Notes: a model not told the origin generated them from the letters alone. DNA of 64,000 bases from an uncultured Clostridia bacterium (GCA_944386645.1 CALXBW010000005.1:8639-72638); one strand, 5' to 3'; shown: positions 9,312-19,463, counted from the first letter of the stretch. Made by a program: numbers and translations.

Positions 9312-12300
9312 GTGAATAAGAAATTAAAAATAGTATCATCAATAGCTTTAGCTGGAATGTTAGTAACAAGTAGTTTTGGAGTAGGTAAAGTATTCGCAGA
9401 TTCAACAAGCGATTATATTACTAATCCAGTAGGAATATATAATAAATTAGTACAAGGAAAATCTGTAGTTCCTTATGTATTAGCAAATAAAGATGATAAA
9501 TTAACAGTAAAAGATGTTACAGATAGTGATTTATTTAAAGGAAATGTTAGTACAGTAGATGGAACAGCTGTTACAGATCAAACTAAATTAGTAGGTACAG
9601 GAGATGTTATAAAAACAACAGATGGTAAAGAATATACAGTAGTTCTATACGGAGATGTAGATGACAATGGAACAGTTACAGGTATGGATGCATTAAGAAT
9701 ATTAGATGCAAGTGCTGGTAATGTTACATTAACAGATGTTGAAAGAGAAGCATCAGATGTAGAAAATGATGGTAACTTAAACTCTTTAGATGCATTAGCT
9801 GTACAAGAATTTGTTGTAGGTTTAAATGATAGCGTTATAAATAAATTACCAGAAGCAGAGGAAGAAGTTGTAGATTCTAATTATACTTTTTCAATAAAAG
9901 ATGCACAATATGTAAACTCTGTTAATCAAAATGCTGTAACATTAAAAGTAGATTTAGATGAAGTATTAACTGAAGACACAAAATTTAGTTTGATATTTAG
10001 TGGTAATAAAGATGGAGAACCATATGAGATAACAGATAAAACTATTAAAATAGAGAAAAACCTTGTAAGTAAAGAAAAGAAAAATCCAATTGATTTATCA
10101 AGTTTTGATGATGGCATAATAACATTAACAATGAAAGAGTTAGATGAAGAAGGAAACGTAATAGATAATGTAGTAGGACAATACAAAATGGAAAAAAATA
10201 CAGTATTACCAGAAGCTACTAATGTAAGGACAGATCGTACAAGTACAAAATCTGCTACATTATCATTAGAAGCATGTGGTGATAGTGATATAGTAAAAGT
10301 ACATTACTTAGTAAGTACTACTGAGCCATCATCAGAAGACGAATTAGTTAAAACAATAGATGTAACAGGCAACAAAGTATCTAACTATACTATAACAAAT
10401 GATTTAACAACTAATGCAGCTTCTAAAGTTTGGTATGTTTTAGAAAATTCATATGGAAGTAAATCAGAAATGACTTCTGCAGTTATCACAAAAGATGATA
10501 ACACAGTAACAACACCAGAAGCAGTAGAAGAAGTTGTAGCACCAGATTTAACAAAGAGTGCAGTAGCTGATTTTACTTGGACTGGTGTTAATGGAGCAAA
10601 TTATGTTGCAACATTATATAAAGATGGAAAACCAGTATCAGTTGCAACAAGTAGTAATGGAATAACAAGCTCTGGAACAAACTTCACAGCAACTTTTACA
10701 GACAAAATGAAAGAAGCTGGAACATACAAAGTAGAAGTATATCAAGAAGCTACTGATGATTCAAAAGCATCTGCTTCAACACCTTCAGCAGAAGTAAAAG
10801 TTGAAAAATTATCAGCAGTGACAGACTTACAATTCAGAAATGAAGATGGAAAGGTTATGTTATATTGGGAAAATGCTAATGCAAATGGAAGTTTTAAAGA
10901 TTATAACATTCAGTTATATACTATAGACAAAGATGGAAAAGAAGTTAAAGATGACAAAGTAACTTTAGATGATAATACAAAAACTGAAGTCGAAGTAACA
11001 AGCAATATTGATAATAATGTTATTTACATCGCAAAAGTAACAGTAAATGCAGATAACTCAAATCAAATGGCTATGATTAATTCTGATGAAGTAACATCAG
11101 CTCAATTCTATAAGGTAGGAACACCTAAAATAGATTCAACTGAAATATCAGAGCATGAAATAACATTAAATGTTACAGGTGTTAACATTAATGGAAAAAC
11201 TACAACATACAAAGTAAAAGTATTTGATGTAAATTCAAATCCAGAAGTAGCAAATTTAGTACTAAAAGATACTAAAGATGTTGAAATTAAAGATGGAAAA
11301 ATAGTTATAGATGGATTAGAAAGCAACAAACCATATGCATTTAAACTAATAGCAATTGTAGATGGTGAAGAAGTAGAATCTGACTATACAGCTAAAACAA
11401 TAGATGATGCTGTATACACTCTACCAGAATTAAAGAACTTAACTGTAGTTGCCACAGAAGAAGAAGCGAAAGAATCTGGTAAAGTTTATTCAGTTGATGC
11501 TGATACAATTAAAATAGCTGGAGAAAAAGAAGGAGAATTAACAACAATTGATTTAGCAGATTATAATAATAGCACAAGACTTGCTAATTCACTAAAAGTA
11601 ATAAACAAATTAAAAGCAGGTGATGTCGTTACAATAGAAAACAATAAAATCACATTAAAACTAGATGGCGGTGCATCAGTATCTTCTGATCAATTTAGAG
11701 ATTTCTCTGAACTTACAGATTTAAAAGATGTTGTTTTTGATATCGAAAACAATGGATACAGCAAAACAATTAAAACACCAACAGAAGGTGTAAAAGAAGT
11801 AATACTAAGGGGTACAGACTCTTTATTCAATACAGAGGAAGTTAATGCAGAAAAAATTACATTAACAGATGGTGTTGAAGTAACAGGTGATAAAGCTTAT
11901 ACAATTGAAAGTGGAGCTACAGTTACAATAAACGGTGTAATAATAACAACAAGTAATGAAATGGAATTATCAGCAAATGGTAAAGATTTAGATGTAACAG
12001 TAAGTGGAGGATCATCAAATAATGTAGTATTCGAAAATTCAACAGAGGGAGATGCTGTAATTGCATTCGTAGGTGATGATACATTTACAGCAGAACAAGC
12101 AGGAACAATCACAATAAAATCAGAAGGTGGAAAAGTAACTGTAGATTCTACTAATGTAAATGTAAGTGCAGATATCAAAGTTGAAGTTAACAAAGGAACA
12201 GTTAATATACAAAATCCAGCTTTAACAGGAGATAAAGAAGTATCTGTATCTGCTGATAAAAATAACAAAGTAACAATAGAAGCTGTTTCAAAAACAGATG

Positions 12301-12524
12301 CACCTGAAGCTTTAGTAGGTGAAACATTTGAATTAAAAGAATATACTGATGAGGAAATAAAAGATAAATTTGGTGTACAAGATCAAGATGTAGTAATAGC
12401 AATTGATGAATATATCAGTTCTTTTGGTTTAAATGATAAAGGTGCAACAATGACTGTTGGAAATGATAACAAAGTTTCTATAGAATTTACAGGATCTGTT
12501 GACAAAATAGAAAACTTAAAATAA
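9312..12524 (+). CDS. large secreted protein with an N-proximal dockerin module and repeated Ig/FN3-like domains
   Basis: 1070 aa with a signal peptide. Two Ca-binding dockerin repeats are present: GDVDDNGTVTGMDALRIL and SDVENDGNLNSLDALAVQEFV (about nt 9645-9840). The rest is T/V/K/E-rich beta-type repeats. Confidence 0.7.
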   Translation: MNKKLKIVSSIALAGMLVTSSFGVGKVFADSTSDYITNPVGIYNKLVQGKSVVPYVLANKDDKLTVKDVTDSDLFKGNVSTVDGTAVTDQTKLVGTGDVIKTTDGKEYTVVLYGDVDDNGTVTGMDALRILDASAGNVTLTDVEREASDVENDGNLNSLDALAVQEFVVGLNDSVINKLPEAEEEVVDSNYTFSIKDAQYVNSVNQNAVTLKVDLDEVLTEDTKFSLIFSGNKDGEPYEITDKTIKIEKNLVSKEKKNPIDLSSFDDGIITLTMKELDEEGNVIDNVVGQYKMEKNTVLPEATNVRTDRTSTKSATLSLEACGDSDIVKVHYLVSTTEPSSEDELVKTIDVTGNKVSNYTITNDLTTNAASKVWYVLENSYGSKSEMTSAVITKDDNTVTTPEAVEEVVAPDLTKSAVADFTWTGVNGANYVATLYKDGKPVSVATSSNGITSSGTNFTATFTDKMKEAGTYKVEVYQEATDDSKASASTPSAEVKVEKLSAVTDLQFRNEDGKVMLYWENANANGSFKDYNIQLYTIDKDGKEVKDDKVTLDDNTKTEVEVTSNIDNNVIYIAKVTVNADNSNQMAMINSDEVTSAQFYKVGTPKIDSTEISEHEITLNVTGVNINGKTTTYKVKVFDVNSNPEVANLVLKDTKDVEIKDGKIVIDGLESNKPYAFKLIAIVDGEEVESDYTAKTIDDAVYTLPELKNLTVVATEEEAKESGKVYSVDADTIKIAGEKEGELTTIDLADYNNSTRLANSLKVINKLKAGDVVTIENNKITLKLDGGASVSSDQFRDFSELTDLKDVVFDIENNGYSKTIKTPTEGVKEVILRGTDSLFNTEEVNAEKITLTDGVEVTGDKAYTIESGATVTINGVIITTSNEMELSANGKDLDVTVSGGSSNNVVFENSTEGDAVIAFVGDDTFTAEQAGTITIKSEGGKVTVDSTNVNVSADIKVEVNKGTVNIQNPALTGDKEVSVSADKNNKVTIEAVSKTDAPEALVGETFELKEYTDEEIKDKFGVQDQDVVIAIDEYISSFGLNDKGATMTVGNDNKVSIEFTGSVDKIENLK

Positions 12525-12530
12525 TAAATA

Positions 12531-12561
12531 AAAAAACCAATCCTTAAGGGTTGGTTTTTTT
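12531..12561 (+). terminator. rho-independent terminator
   Basis: AAAAAACCAATCC-TTAA-GGGTTGGTTTTTTT. Confidence 0.8.
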
Positions 12562-12654
12562 ATGTCTAAAATTGTAAAATAAATTTACTACTTTAATGTT
12601 TTATGATATAGTATCTAATATGAAATAATTGAATTAGGGATAGTAGGAAAACAA

Positions 12655-14049
12655 ATGAAAGATATATTAAAAAATGAAAAAATTAATTTAATAGCAAAAA
12701 TTATAATGCTAGTATTATTATTAGCTTTTGCTATATTTAATATAATGTATATAGTAAAAGTCAATGGAAAAATAGAATCTTTTGGAATGTCAATACTATG
12801 TGAAAGACTATTGCCGGGTGAAAAACAAGGTACAAATTTATTAGTATTTTTAATTTTTATTATTATTTTATCAATTTCATATTTAATAATATCATTAAAA
12901 TCAAAAAAAGATGGTAATATAAAAAAAGCATTTTTATTTATAGTTCTTATTTCTATATTATCTGGAATAATTTTACCTAATAATAGTACAGATGTATTCT
13001 ATTATATGGGAGTTGGAAGATTAGATGCTAAGTACGACATTGATATATATAAAAATGATTTTAATGATGTACAAAAAGAGCATTTAGATGATGAAATAGT
13101 AGCAAATTCACCAGAAATTAAACATAAATTTATATATGGTGTTATATGGGAAAAAATATGTAAATTTGTTGGAAGTATACCAATTGATTCAGAATTAATT
13201 TTATTATACATTTTTAAGATATTAAACATAATAGTACATATATTAAATTGTTATTTAATATATAAAATAACAAAAAGCAAAAAAATATTGTATTTATATG
13301 GACTAAATCCATTAGTATTATTTGAAGGGATAATAAATTGCCATAATGATATTTATTTAGTTTTATTTATGCTACTTGCTGTTTATTTAAAAAAGAAAGA
13401 TAAAATAGGACTTGCAACATTAAGTATTGCACTTGGAACTATGATAAAATATACACCAATAATAATTTTACCATATATTCTAATAGATAAAAAATGGAAA
13501 GAAAAAATAAAATATTTAATTTATTTTGCTTTAACATTTTTATTAGCAAATTTATTATTAACAGGTGATATAACAAAGATATTATCAGTTTTAGTTCAAA
13601 CAGAAAAATATTCAAACTCGCTTTATTTAGAATTAATTTTATTGAATATTCCTTCAAATATAATAATTTTAACAAGTACAATAGGAAAAATAATTTTCTG
13701 TATTATATTTGCATTTGCAGTGTTTAATAAAAAAATTCAAAAATCGAAAACATATTTATATTTATTAATGTTATTTTTATTATTAGCTATTACAAATTTT
13801 AAAGCATGGTATATAATGTGGTTATTTGGATTAATTACAGAAGTAGATAATAAAGATGTAGGAAAAATAATTGCACTAAGCATAATTGCAGAAATTTCAA
13901 ATTTTATATTTTATTATTTGGGAGAATCATATGTATATGGAGGAGCATATTTTATATTACTTATTATGTTTTATGTAATTTATCTAGTAATTTCAAATTA
14001 TATACATAATAATAAATTAAACTATTTAAATGAAAAGAATTTAGCATAA
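12655..14049 (+). CDS. polytopic membrane protein, GT-C-like glycosyltransferase candidate
   Basis: 464 aa with more than 10 predicted TM segments. The architecture resembles polyprenol-phosphate-dependent glycosyl/mannosyltransferases. No catalytic motif was verified. Confidence 0.4.
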   Translation: MKDILKNEKINLIAKIIMLVLLLAFAIFNIMYIVKVNGKIESFGMSILCERLLPGEKQGTNLLVFLIFIIILSISYLIISLKSKKDGNIKKAFLFIVLISILSGIILPNNSTDVFYYMGVGRLDAKYDIDIYKNDFNDVQKEHLDDEIVANSPEIKHKFIYGVIWEKICKFVGSIPIDSELILLYIFKILNIIVHILNCYLIYKITKSKKILYLYGLNPLVLFEGIINCHNDIYLVLFMLLAVYLKKKDKIGLATLSIALGTMIKYTPIIILPYILIDKKWKEKIKYLIYFALTFLLANLLLTGDITKILSVLVQTEKYSNSLYLELILLNIPSNIIILTSTIGKIIFCIIFAFAVFNKKIQKSKTYLYLLMLFLLLAITNFKAWYIMWLFGLITEVDNKDVGKIIALSIIAEISNFIFYYLGESYVYGGAYFILLIMFYVIYLVISNYIHNNKLNYLNEKNLA

Positions 14050-14090
14050 AAAAGCACTTATTTAATTTTAAAAATTAAATAAGTGCTTTT
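14049..14090. terminator. bidirectional hairpin terminator
   Basis: AAAAGCACTTATTTAATTTT / AAAATTAAATAAGTGCTTTT perfect palindrome between convergent genes. Confidence 0.75.
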
Positions 14091-14166
14091 TGGTGCACCA
14101 TCGCGGGATCGAACCGCGGACCTTCTGATTAAGAGTCAGCTGCTCTACCAGCTGAGCTAATGGTGC
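14091..14166 (-). tRNA. tRNA-Lys (anticodon CTT)
   Basis: The reverse complement folds as a cloverleaf. Acceptor GCACCAT/ATGGTGC, anticodon loop CTCTTAA, T-loop TTCGATC, encoded CCA. Confidence 0.9.
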
Positions 14167-14259
14167 ATAAGAAAAATAACAATAATATTATAATACTATA
14201 AATGCGTATTTGTCAATTAAAATTTTAGATATATTATAACTTTCCATATCTAAAAAAAT

Positions 14260-14431
14260 CTAATGTACTTTTTATGCAGTAACAATTCGTGGGAACCAGC
14301 AAGCTTACAGTCTGTTATAAAATAATTTATATAATAATATGTTAAAAAATCTGCAATGAAGGTATATATTTTTTAATATAGTTTTACAGACTGTGCGATG
14401 CTGAGTGTTAGAAATAAAAAAAGTACATTAA
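14260..14431 (+). repeat. long-hairpin repeat family R1, copy 1
   Basis: Arms TAATGTACTTTTTATGCAGTAACAATTCGTGGGAACCAGCAAGCTTACAGTCTGT and ACAGACTGTGCGATGCTGAGTGTTAGAAATAAAAAAAGTACATTA flank an AT-rich centre. A second copy lies inverted at 32031-32184. Confidence 0.75.
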
Positions 14432-14508
14432 ATCTTTTTAAAGTTAATTTACAAATAGTTATGAATAAAAAAATTAACAAAAAATATAATTAACTAAGAG
14501 GTAGTAAA

Positions 14509-15087
14509 ATGTTAAATATAATATGGCCATTTTTCATTATTATATCAATTATATATGCTATACTTACTGGAAAAGTTGTGGAAGTGAATAATTCTGTATT
14601 TGAATCAGCAAATGAAACTGTGAAATTAACAATTACTTTTTTTGGTACAATTTGTTTATGGAATGGAATAATTCATATAGCATCAAAAACAACTATGATT
14701 GAAAAATTAACAAACAAATTAGGTCCAATAATTAAATTCTTATTTCCAGATTTAAAAAAAGAAAAAGAAGTTCAAAAAGAAATATCCATGAATGTTGTAG
14801 CTAATATGCTAGGACTAGGAAATGCTGCAACACCATTGGGTTTAAAAGCAATGAAATCATTGCAAAAGTTAAATGATAATAAAGACAGACTTTCGAATTC
14901 TATGGCAATGTTTATTGTTTTAAATACAGCATCATTGCAAATTATACCAACAACAGTAATTGCTATAAGAAATTCACTTGGTTCACAAAATGCTAGTGAA
15001 ATTATAATTCCTGTTTGGATATCTACGGTAATTGCAGCAGTGACTGTAGTTATTGTAACAAAATTATTTATAAAATTCTGGAAATAG
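14509..15087 (+). CDS. spmA: spore maturation protein A (nucleoside-recognition domain membrane protein)
   Basis: 192 aa. It has a Gate/nucleoside-recognition-type membrane pattern and is paired with spmB 9 nt downstream. Confidence 0.75.
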   Translation: MLNIIWPFFIIISIIYAILTGKVVEVNNSVFESANETVKLTITFFGTICLWNGIIHIASKTTMIEKLTNKLGPIIKFLFPDLKKEKEVQKEISMNVVANMLGLGNAATPLGLKAMKSLQKLNDNKDRLSNSMAMFIVLNTASLQIIPTTVIAIRNSLGSQNASEIIIPVWISTVIAAVTVVIVTKLFIKFWK

Positions 15088-15096
15088 GGAGGAATT

Positions 15097-15624
15097 ATGG
15101 CTTTTGTAAATTATTTATCAACTATAGCAGTTCCTGTAATTATTTTATTAGTAATTGCGTATGGTGCTGTAGAAAAAATAAAAGTATTTGATACATTTAT
15201 AGATGGAGTAAAAGAAGGAATTCAAATAGTAATAGGAATATTTCCAACATTAATGGGACTCTTTTTAGCAATAACATTGTTAAGAGAATCAGGAGTTTTA
15301 GAATTAGTAGTTAATCTTTTAACACCAATTACAAGTCTTTTTAATATACCAAAAGAGATAATGCCACTTGCTATATTAAGACCAATTTCAGGAAGTGCAT
15401 CAATGGCAGTTGCTACTGATATTATGAGTCAATATGGGACAGATACTATAATAGGATTAATAACATCAACATTAATGGGTTCTACAGAAACTACACTATA
15501 TACAATTGCTATTTATACAGGTATAGTAAAAATAAAAAAAATAAGATTTGTATTAATTGCTGCATTAATAGGTGATTTTATTGGAATGGTTGCATCTGTT
15601 GGAATTTGGAGATTTTTGTCGTAA
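15097..15624 (+). CDS. spmB: spore maturation protein B
   Basis: 175 aa membrane protein with the motif ..LRPISGSASMAVA... Conserved spmA-spmB tandem. Confidence 0.75.
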   Translation: MAFVNYLSTIAVPVIILLVIAYGAVEKIKVFDTFIDGVKEGIQIVIGIFPTLMGLFLAITLLRESGVLELVVNLLTPITSLFNIPKEIMPLAILRPISGSASMAVATDIMSQYGTDTIIGLITSTLMGSTETTLYTIAIYTGIVKIKKIRFVLIAALIGDFIGMVASVGIWRFLS

Positions 15625-16187
15625 AGATTTTCTTGACAAAAAATCCATAAAATAGTAAAATAACTTTATTAATTTCAATAATGGAGTTACAAAATGTTTT
15701 TTTATATCATGTTATTTATTTCTATAAATTTTATTATCAGAAGTATTTTAATCAAAATTTATACAAAAATAATTCAAAAAAAATTAAATTAAAAATTAGA
15801 AAAAATCTTATATAATGAATAAATATATATTTTATAGGAAATAACTATGTAATTTTGTAAGCACAAATTCTATATTAGCAATTTATTAAAAAATTAGATA
15901 GAAGTTTATTAAATCTAAATATGTCTTTATAAATAGTATATGATTTAAACTTTCATAGAGTAAAAAATTAAAACCTAAGTGTATAAGATTAATTTAAATG
16001 TGGAAATATTTAAGGTTTTGTGAAAAAGCTAAAGCGGAAACATTAAATTATTGTGTGAAAAACTTAAATATTTGGATAAAAAAAGATGGCATAACTCCAT
16101 CATTTATAAAGATTTCAATTTTGTAGGGGAATTAAATAATATTTATGTATTATTTAAAATTCAATTCCTCTACAGCCCCCATATATA

Positions 16188-16979
16188 TTATGAAACTTCT
16201 ATAATTTTGCTAGGTTCATTTCTAGATGCCACAGTTAAATCAATAGAATTTTCATTAAAATTTTTTTTATAAAGTTCTTCGACAACAGTCTTATAAGCAA
16301 GTTCAGGAAAATTATTTTCTTTACTTAAATGTCCTAACATTGCAGACTTTAGTCCAGAACTAATTAATGTTGATACAATTTTCCCAGAAGTATAATTAGA
16401 TAAATGGCCATTAGGTCCATCTATCCTAGTTTTTAAAGAGTATGGATATCTAGAACATTTTAGTACTTCTGGATCATAATTGGATTCTAATAATACAAAA
16501 GAACTATTTTGTAAGCAACTCATGATATTAGGTGTAACATGGCCTAAATCAGTAGCAATGCTTATTTTTTTATTATCTGATATTATACAAAAACCACAAG
16601 GATTTGCTGCATCATGAGGTAATTTAAAAGCACCTATTTTTAATGAATTTATATAAAAATATTTATATGGTTCAAAAGTTTTTTGATTATCTTCTGTAAT
16701 CTTATTTTTTTCATTTTCCATAGCATTCCAAGTTTCTTTATTTGCAAAAACAGGAATATTGTATTTTTTAGAGATGGTACCAATACTTTTTATATGATCA
16801 CTATGCTCGTGAGTAACCAAGATAGCAGATATATTATCAATATTTACATTTAAAAAATTTAGAGCTTCAGTAATTTTCTTACCACTAACACCAGCATCAA
16901 TTAAAATATTTGTATCATCATTTTGGACAAGTAAGGAATTACCTGTACTACCACTATATAAACTACAAAATCTTAACAT
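16188..16979 (-). CDS. MBL-fold metallo-hydrolase (YycJ/WalJ-like)
   Basis: 263 aa with the motif HEHSDH. The N-terminus MLRFCSLYSGSTGNS..LIDAG is typical of the YycJ family. Confidence 0.8.
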   Translation of the reverse strand: MLRFCSLYSGSTGNSLLVQNDDTNILIDAGVSGKKITEALNFLNVNIDNISAILVTHEHSDHIKSIGTISKKYNIPVFANKETWNAMENEKNKITEDNQKTFEPYKYFYINSLKIGAFKLPHDAANPCGFCIISDNKKISIATDLGHVTPNIMSCLQNSSFVLLESNYDPEVLKCSRYPYSLKTRIDGPNGHLSNYTSGKIVSTLISSGLKSAMLGHLSKENNFPELAYKTVVEELYKKNFNENSIDLTVASRNEPSKIIEVS

Positions 16980-16994
16980 TTATTCTACACCTGA

Positions 16995-18254
16995 CTATTC
17001 TTCAACTCTTTGGATATTAGAACCAAGTTGTCTAAATTTTTCTTCAATTTTCTCATATCCTCTATCAATATGTTCTATATTATATATTTCAGTTGTTCCT
17101 TGAGCTGCACAACCAGCTATTAATAAAGCAGCACCAGCTCTTAAATCTGTAGAATATACAGGTGCACCATATAAAGATTCAACACCTTCAAAAACAGCAG
17201 TTTTACCTTGTGCTGTAATTTTTGCACCCATTTTATTTAATTCATTTGTATATTGAAATCTAGATTCCCAAATACTTTCATTAATAATACTTGTACCATC
17301 AGAAATTGAAAGGACAACTCCCATTTGTGGTTGTAAATCTGTAGGAAAACCTGGATATGGTAGTGTTTTAATATTTGCTTTAGATGTTCTTTTATCACAC
17401 CATACTCTAATCTCATCTCCAGAACTTTCAACGTTAGCACCAATTTCTAAAAGCTTTGCTGTAACAGATTCTAAATGTTTAGATATACAATTTTTAATAG
17501 TTATATCACCTTTTGTTGCAACAGCAGCAAGCATAAATGTTCCTGTTTCTATTTGATCTGGTACAACAGAATAAGATTTATTACCTGCTAATTTTTCTAC
17601 ACCATGTATTTTAATAATATCTGTTCCAGCACCTCTGATATCTGCACCCATTGTATTTAAGAAATTAGCAACATCAACAATATGAGGTTCTTTAGCTGCA
17701 TTATCTATAGTTGTTGTACCTTCTGCTAAAACACTTGCAAGCATTATATTAATAGTTGCTCCAACAGATGCAAAGTCTAAATATATAGAATTTCCAATTA
17801 ATTTGTCTCTTGTAGCTGTTATATTACCATTAGATACATCTACAGTAGCACCTAAGGCTTCAAAACCTTTTATATGTAAATCAATTGGCCTTGCTCCAAG
17901 GTTACATCCACCTGGACTACCTACTTTAGCAACTTTAGATCTTCCAAGTAAAGAGCCAAGTAAATAGTAAGAAGCTCTAAATCTTCTTGTTAAGTCTAAT
18001 GTTTCATCAGTACATTCAATATGTCTAGTATCTAAAACAATTTCATGTTCACTTTTCCATTCGATTTTAGCACCTAGAGATTCTATGATTTTAACATATA
18101 ATTTTACATCACTAATATTTGGTAAGTTATCAATAGTACAAACTCCATCTATTAAAAGAGCTGCAGGCAATATAGCTACAGCTGCATTTTTTGCACCACT
18201 TACTGTAACACTTCCTTTTAATGGTGTTCCACCTTTTATGACCAATTTTTCCAA
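16995..18254 (-). CDS. murA: UDP-N-acetylglucosamine 1-carboxyvinyltransferase (intact paralog)
   Basis: 419 aa. N-terminus MEKLVIKGGTPLKGSVTVSGAKNAAV, catalytic loop SPGGCNLGARPIDLH, C-terminus ..IDRGYEKIEEKFRQLG. Confidence 0.92.
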   Translation of the reverse strand: MEKLVIKGGTPLKGSVTVSGAKNAAVAILPAALLIDGVCTIDNLPNISDVKLYVKIIESLGAKIEWKSEHEIVLDTRHIECTDETLDLTRRFRASYYLLGSLLGRSKVAKVGSPGGCNLGARPIDLHIKGFEALGATVDVSNGNITATRDKLIGNSIYLDFASVGATINIMLASVLAEGTTTIDNAAKEPHIVDVANFLNTMGADIRGAGTDIIKIHGVEKLAGNKSYSVVPDQIETGTFMLAAVATKGDITIKNCISKHLESVTAKLLEIGANVESSGDEIRVWCDKRTSKANIKTLPYPGFPTDLQPQMGVVLSISDGTSIINESIWESRFQYTNELNKMGAKITAQGKTAVFEGVESLYGAPVYSTDLRAGAALLIAGCAAQGTTEIYNIEHIDRGYEKIEEKFRQLGSNIQRVEE

Positions 18255-18425
18255 TGCAATACCCCCAATAATAAGAATAATTAGATAAAAATATCAATAT
18301 ATTTAATAATATTATTAAATATGAATAGAGAATATCTATTATCCAAAATAATATAACATAAAAAGAAAATAAAAACAATACTAATATATTACTAAAGAAC
18401 ATAATAGGTTAAATATTAATTTTTA

Positions 18426-19094
18426 TTACTTATTTGAAGATATTGCTATACCTATATTTTGTAACATTTCTACAATTTTAAATTTCAATTTAATATCTTC
18501 AGATTCATTATCAGATATAAGAGTATATTCTTCAGAATCTAAGTTTTCTTTTAGATTTTCTTTTGATTCAGTAGGTACAATTCCAGATGATATGTCCACG
18601 AAACAAAGAGGAGGGAACATTACACACCACCAATTTTGTCCTTCAGCTTTTCCAATTTTAACTCTTAATGCATCATAAAATCCAGCAGGTAAAGAAATAT
18701 CTCCATACGTTTTTGTAGGAAAAGAAAAGTTTCCAATTTCAACTTCTACATTATAATCATAACCATTTTCAATAATAGTTTTTTTGGCAATATCATTAAT
18801 TTCATCTAAATTTATATTTTCAATTAGTTCTTCTTTAGTTTTTGCAATTTTTCCTAATTCATTTACATGTTCTATAATTTTATCCCTAACAATATATTTC
18901 AAATTTTGATCTTCTGTAGAATCACTATTTGCAATAACATGTAATCTAAAAACACTATTTGATAAATTTGCAGAAACGGCACTAACATATGAAATTGCCG
19001 AAACTAGTATAAAGAAAAATATTAATGTAGCTAATAAAGAAAAATATTTCAATTTTTTAAAATTATTTTTTAACTTGTTCACACTAACCTCCAT
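18426..19094 (-). CDS. spoIIR: stage II sporulation protein R
   Basis: 222 aa with a signal/TM segment and the motifs RLHVIANSDSTEDQNLKYIVRDKI and NWWCVMFPPLCF. Confidence 0.85.
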   Translation of the reverse strand: MEVSVNKLKNNFKKLKYFSLLATLIFFFILVSAISYVSAVSANLSNSVFRLHVIANSDSTEDQNLKYIVRDKIIEHVNELGKIAKTKEELIENINLDEINDIAKKTIIENGYDYNVEVEIGNFSFPTKTYGDISLPAGFYDALRVKIGKAEGQNWWCVMFPPLCFVDISSGIVPTESKENLKENLDSEEYTLISDNESEDIKLKFKIVEMLQNIGIAISSNK

Positions 19095-19405
19095 TTGAGC
19101 AATTAATGCTCTAATAAAATTTAATTAAGTATATCCAACGGTACTTCCATAATAAATGTAATATTAGTTAATAAAAAACTAAATTGTAAAAATATCACTT
19201 TAATAAAATTATTAGCCAAAAAATAAAAAATATACAAGGTTAATATATAAAAATAATTACTAAAATATAACAAATATTACAAAAATGTAACAAGATAAAA
19301 AGTATAAAATTATAGAAAAATTAAAAGAAAAGTTGATTTTCTAAGAAAAATAAATAAATATAAAAATAAAAACAAGGAAAAAAATGTAATTTTATTGTAA
19401 AACTA

Positions 19406-19434
19406 TTGACACACAAAAAACAAAATGGTAAAAT
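19406..19434 (+). promoter_or_regulatory. sigma-A promoter
   Basis: TTGACA, a 17-nt spacer ending in TGG, then TAAAAT, 30 nt upstream of the 19464 start. Confidence 0.6.
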
Positions 19435-19463
19435 TTACCTGTAATTAATAAGGGGGTAATAAA

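Noticed and set aside
14260-14431. R1 as a classical TIR-type MITE with a target-site duplication.
   Set aside because: The terminal inverted repeats are real. The flanks of both copies extend the palindrome instead of forming a direct duplication. The AAATC/AATC match at copy 1 is not reproduced at copy 2. Kept only as one of several interpretations.
16020-16272. Another CGG +1 site: a tiny ORF (GTG AAA AAG CTA AAG CGG AAA CAT TAA) whose +1 frame runs into ORF 16051..16272. Similar in-frame CGGs occur in non-genic ORF heads at 39333 and 63950.
   Set aside because: None of these ORFs has an RBS, conservation signal or recognisable product. 16051..16272 overlaps the 3' end of the MBL hydrolase gene on the other strand. 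They were not counted as evidence for or against the CGG hypothesis.
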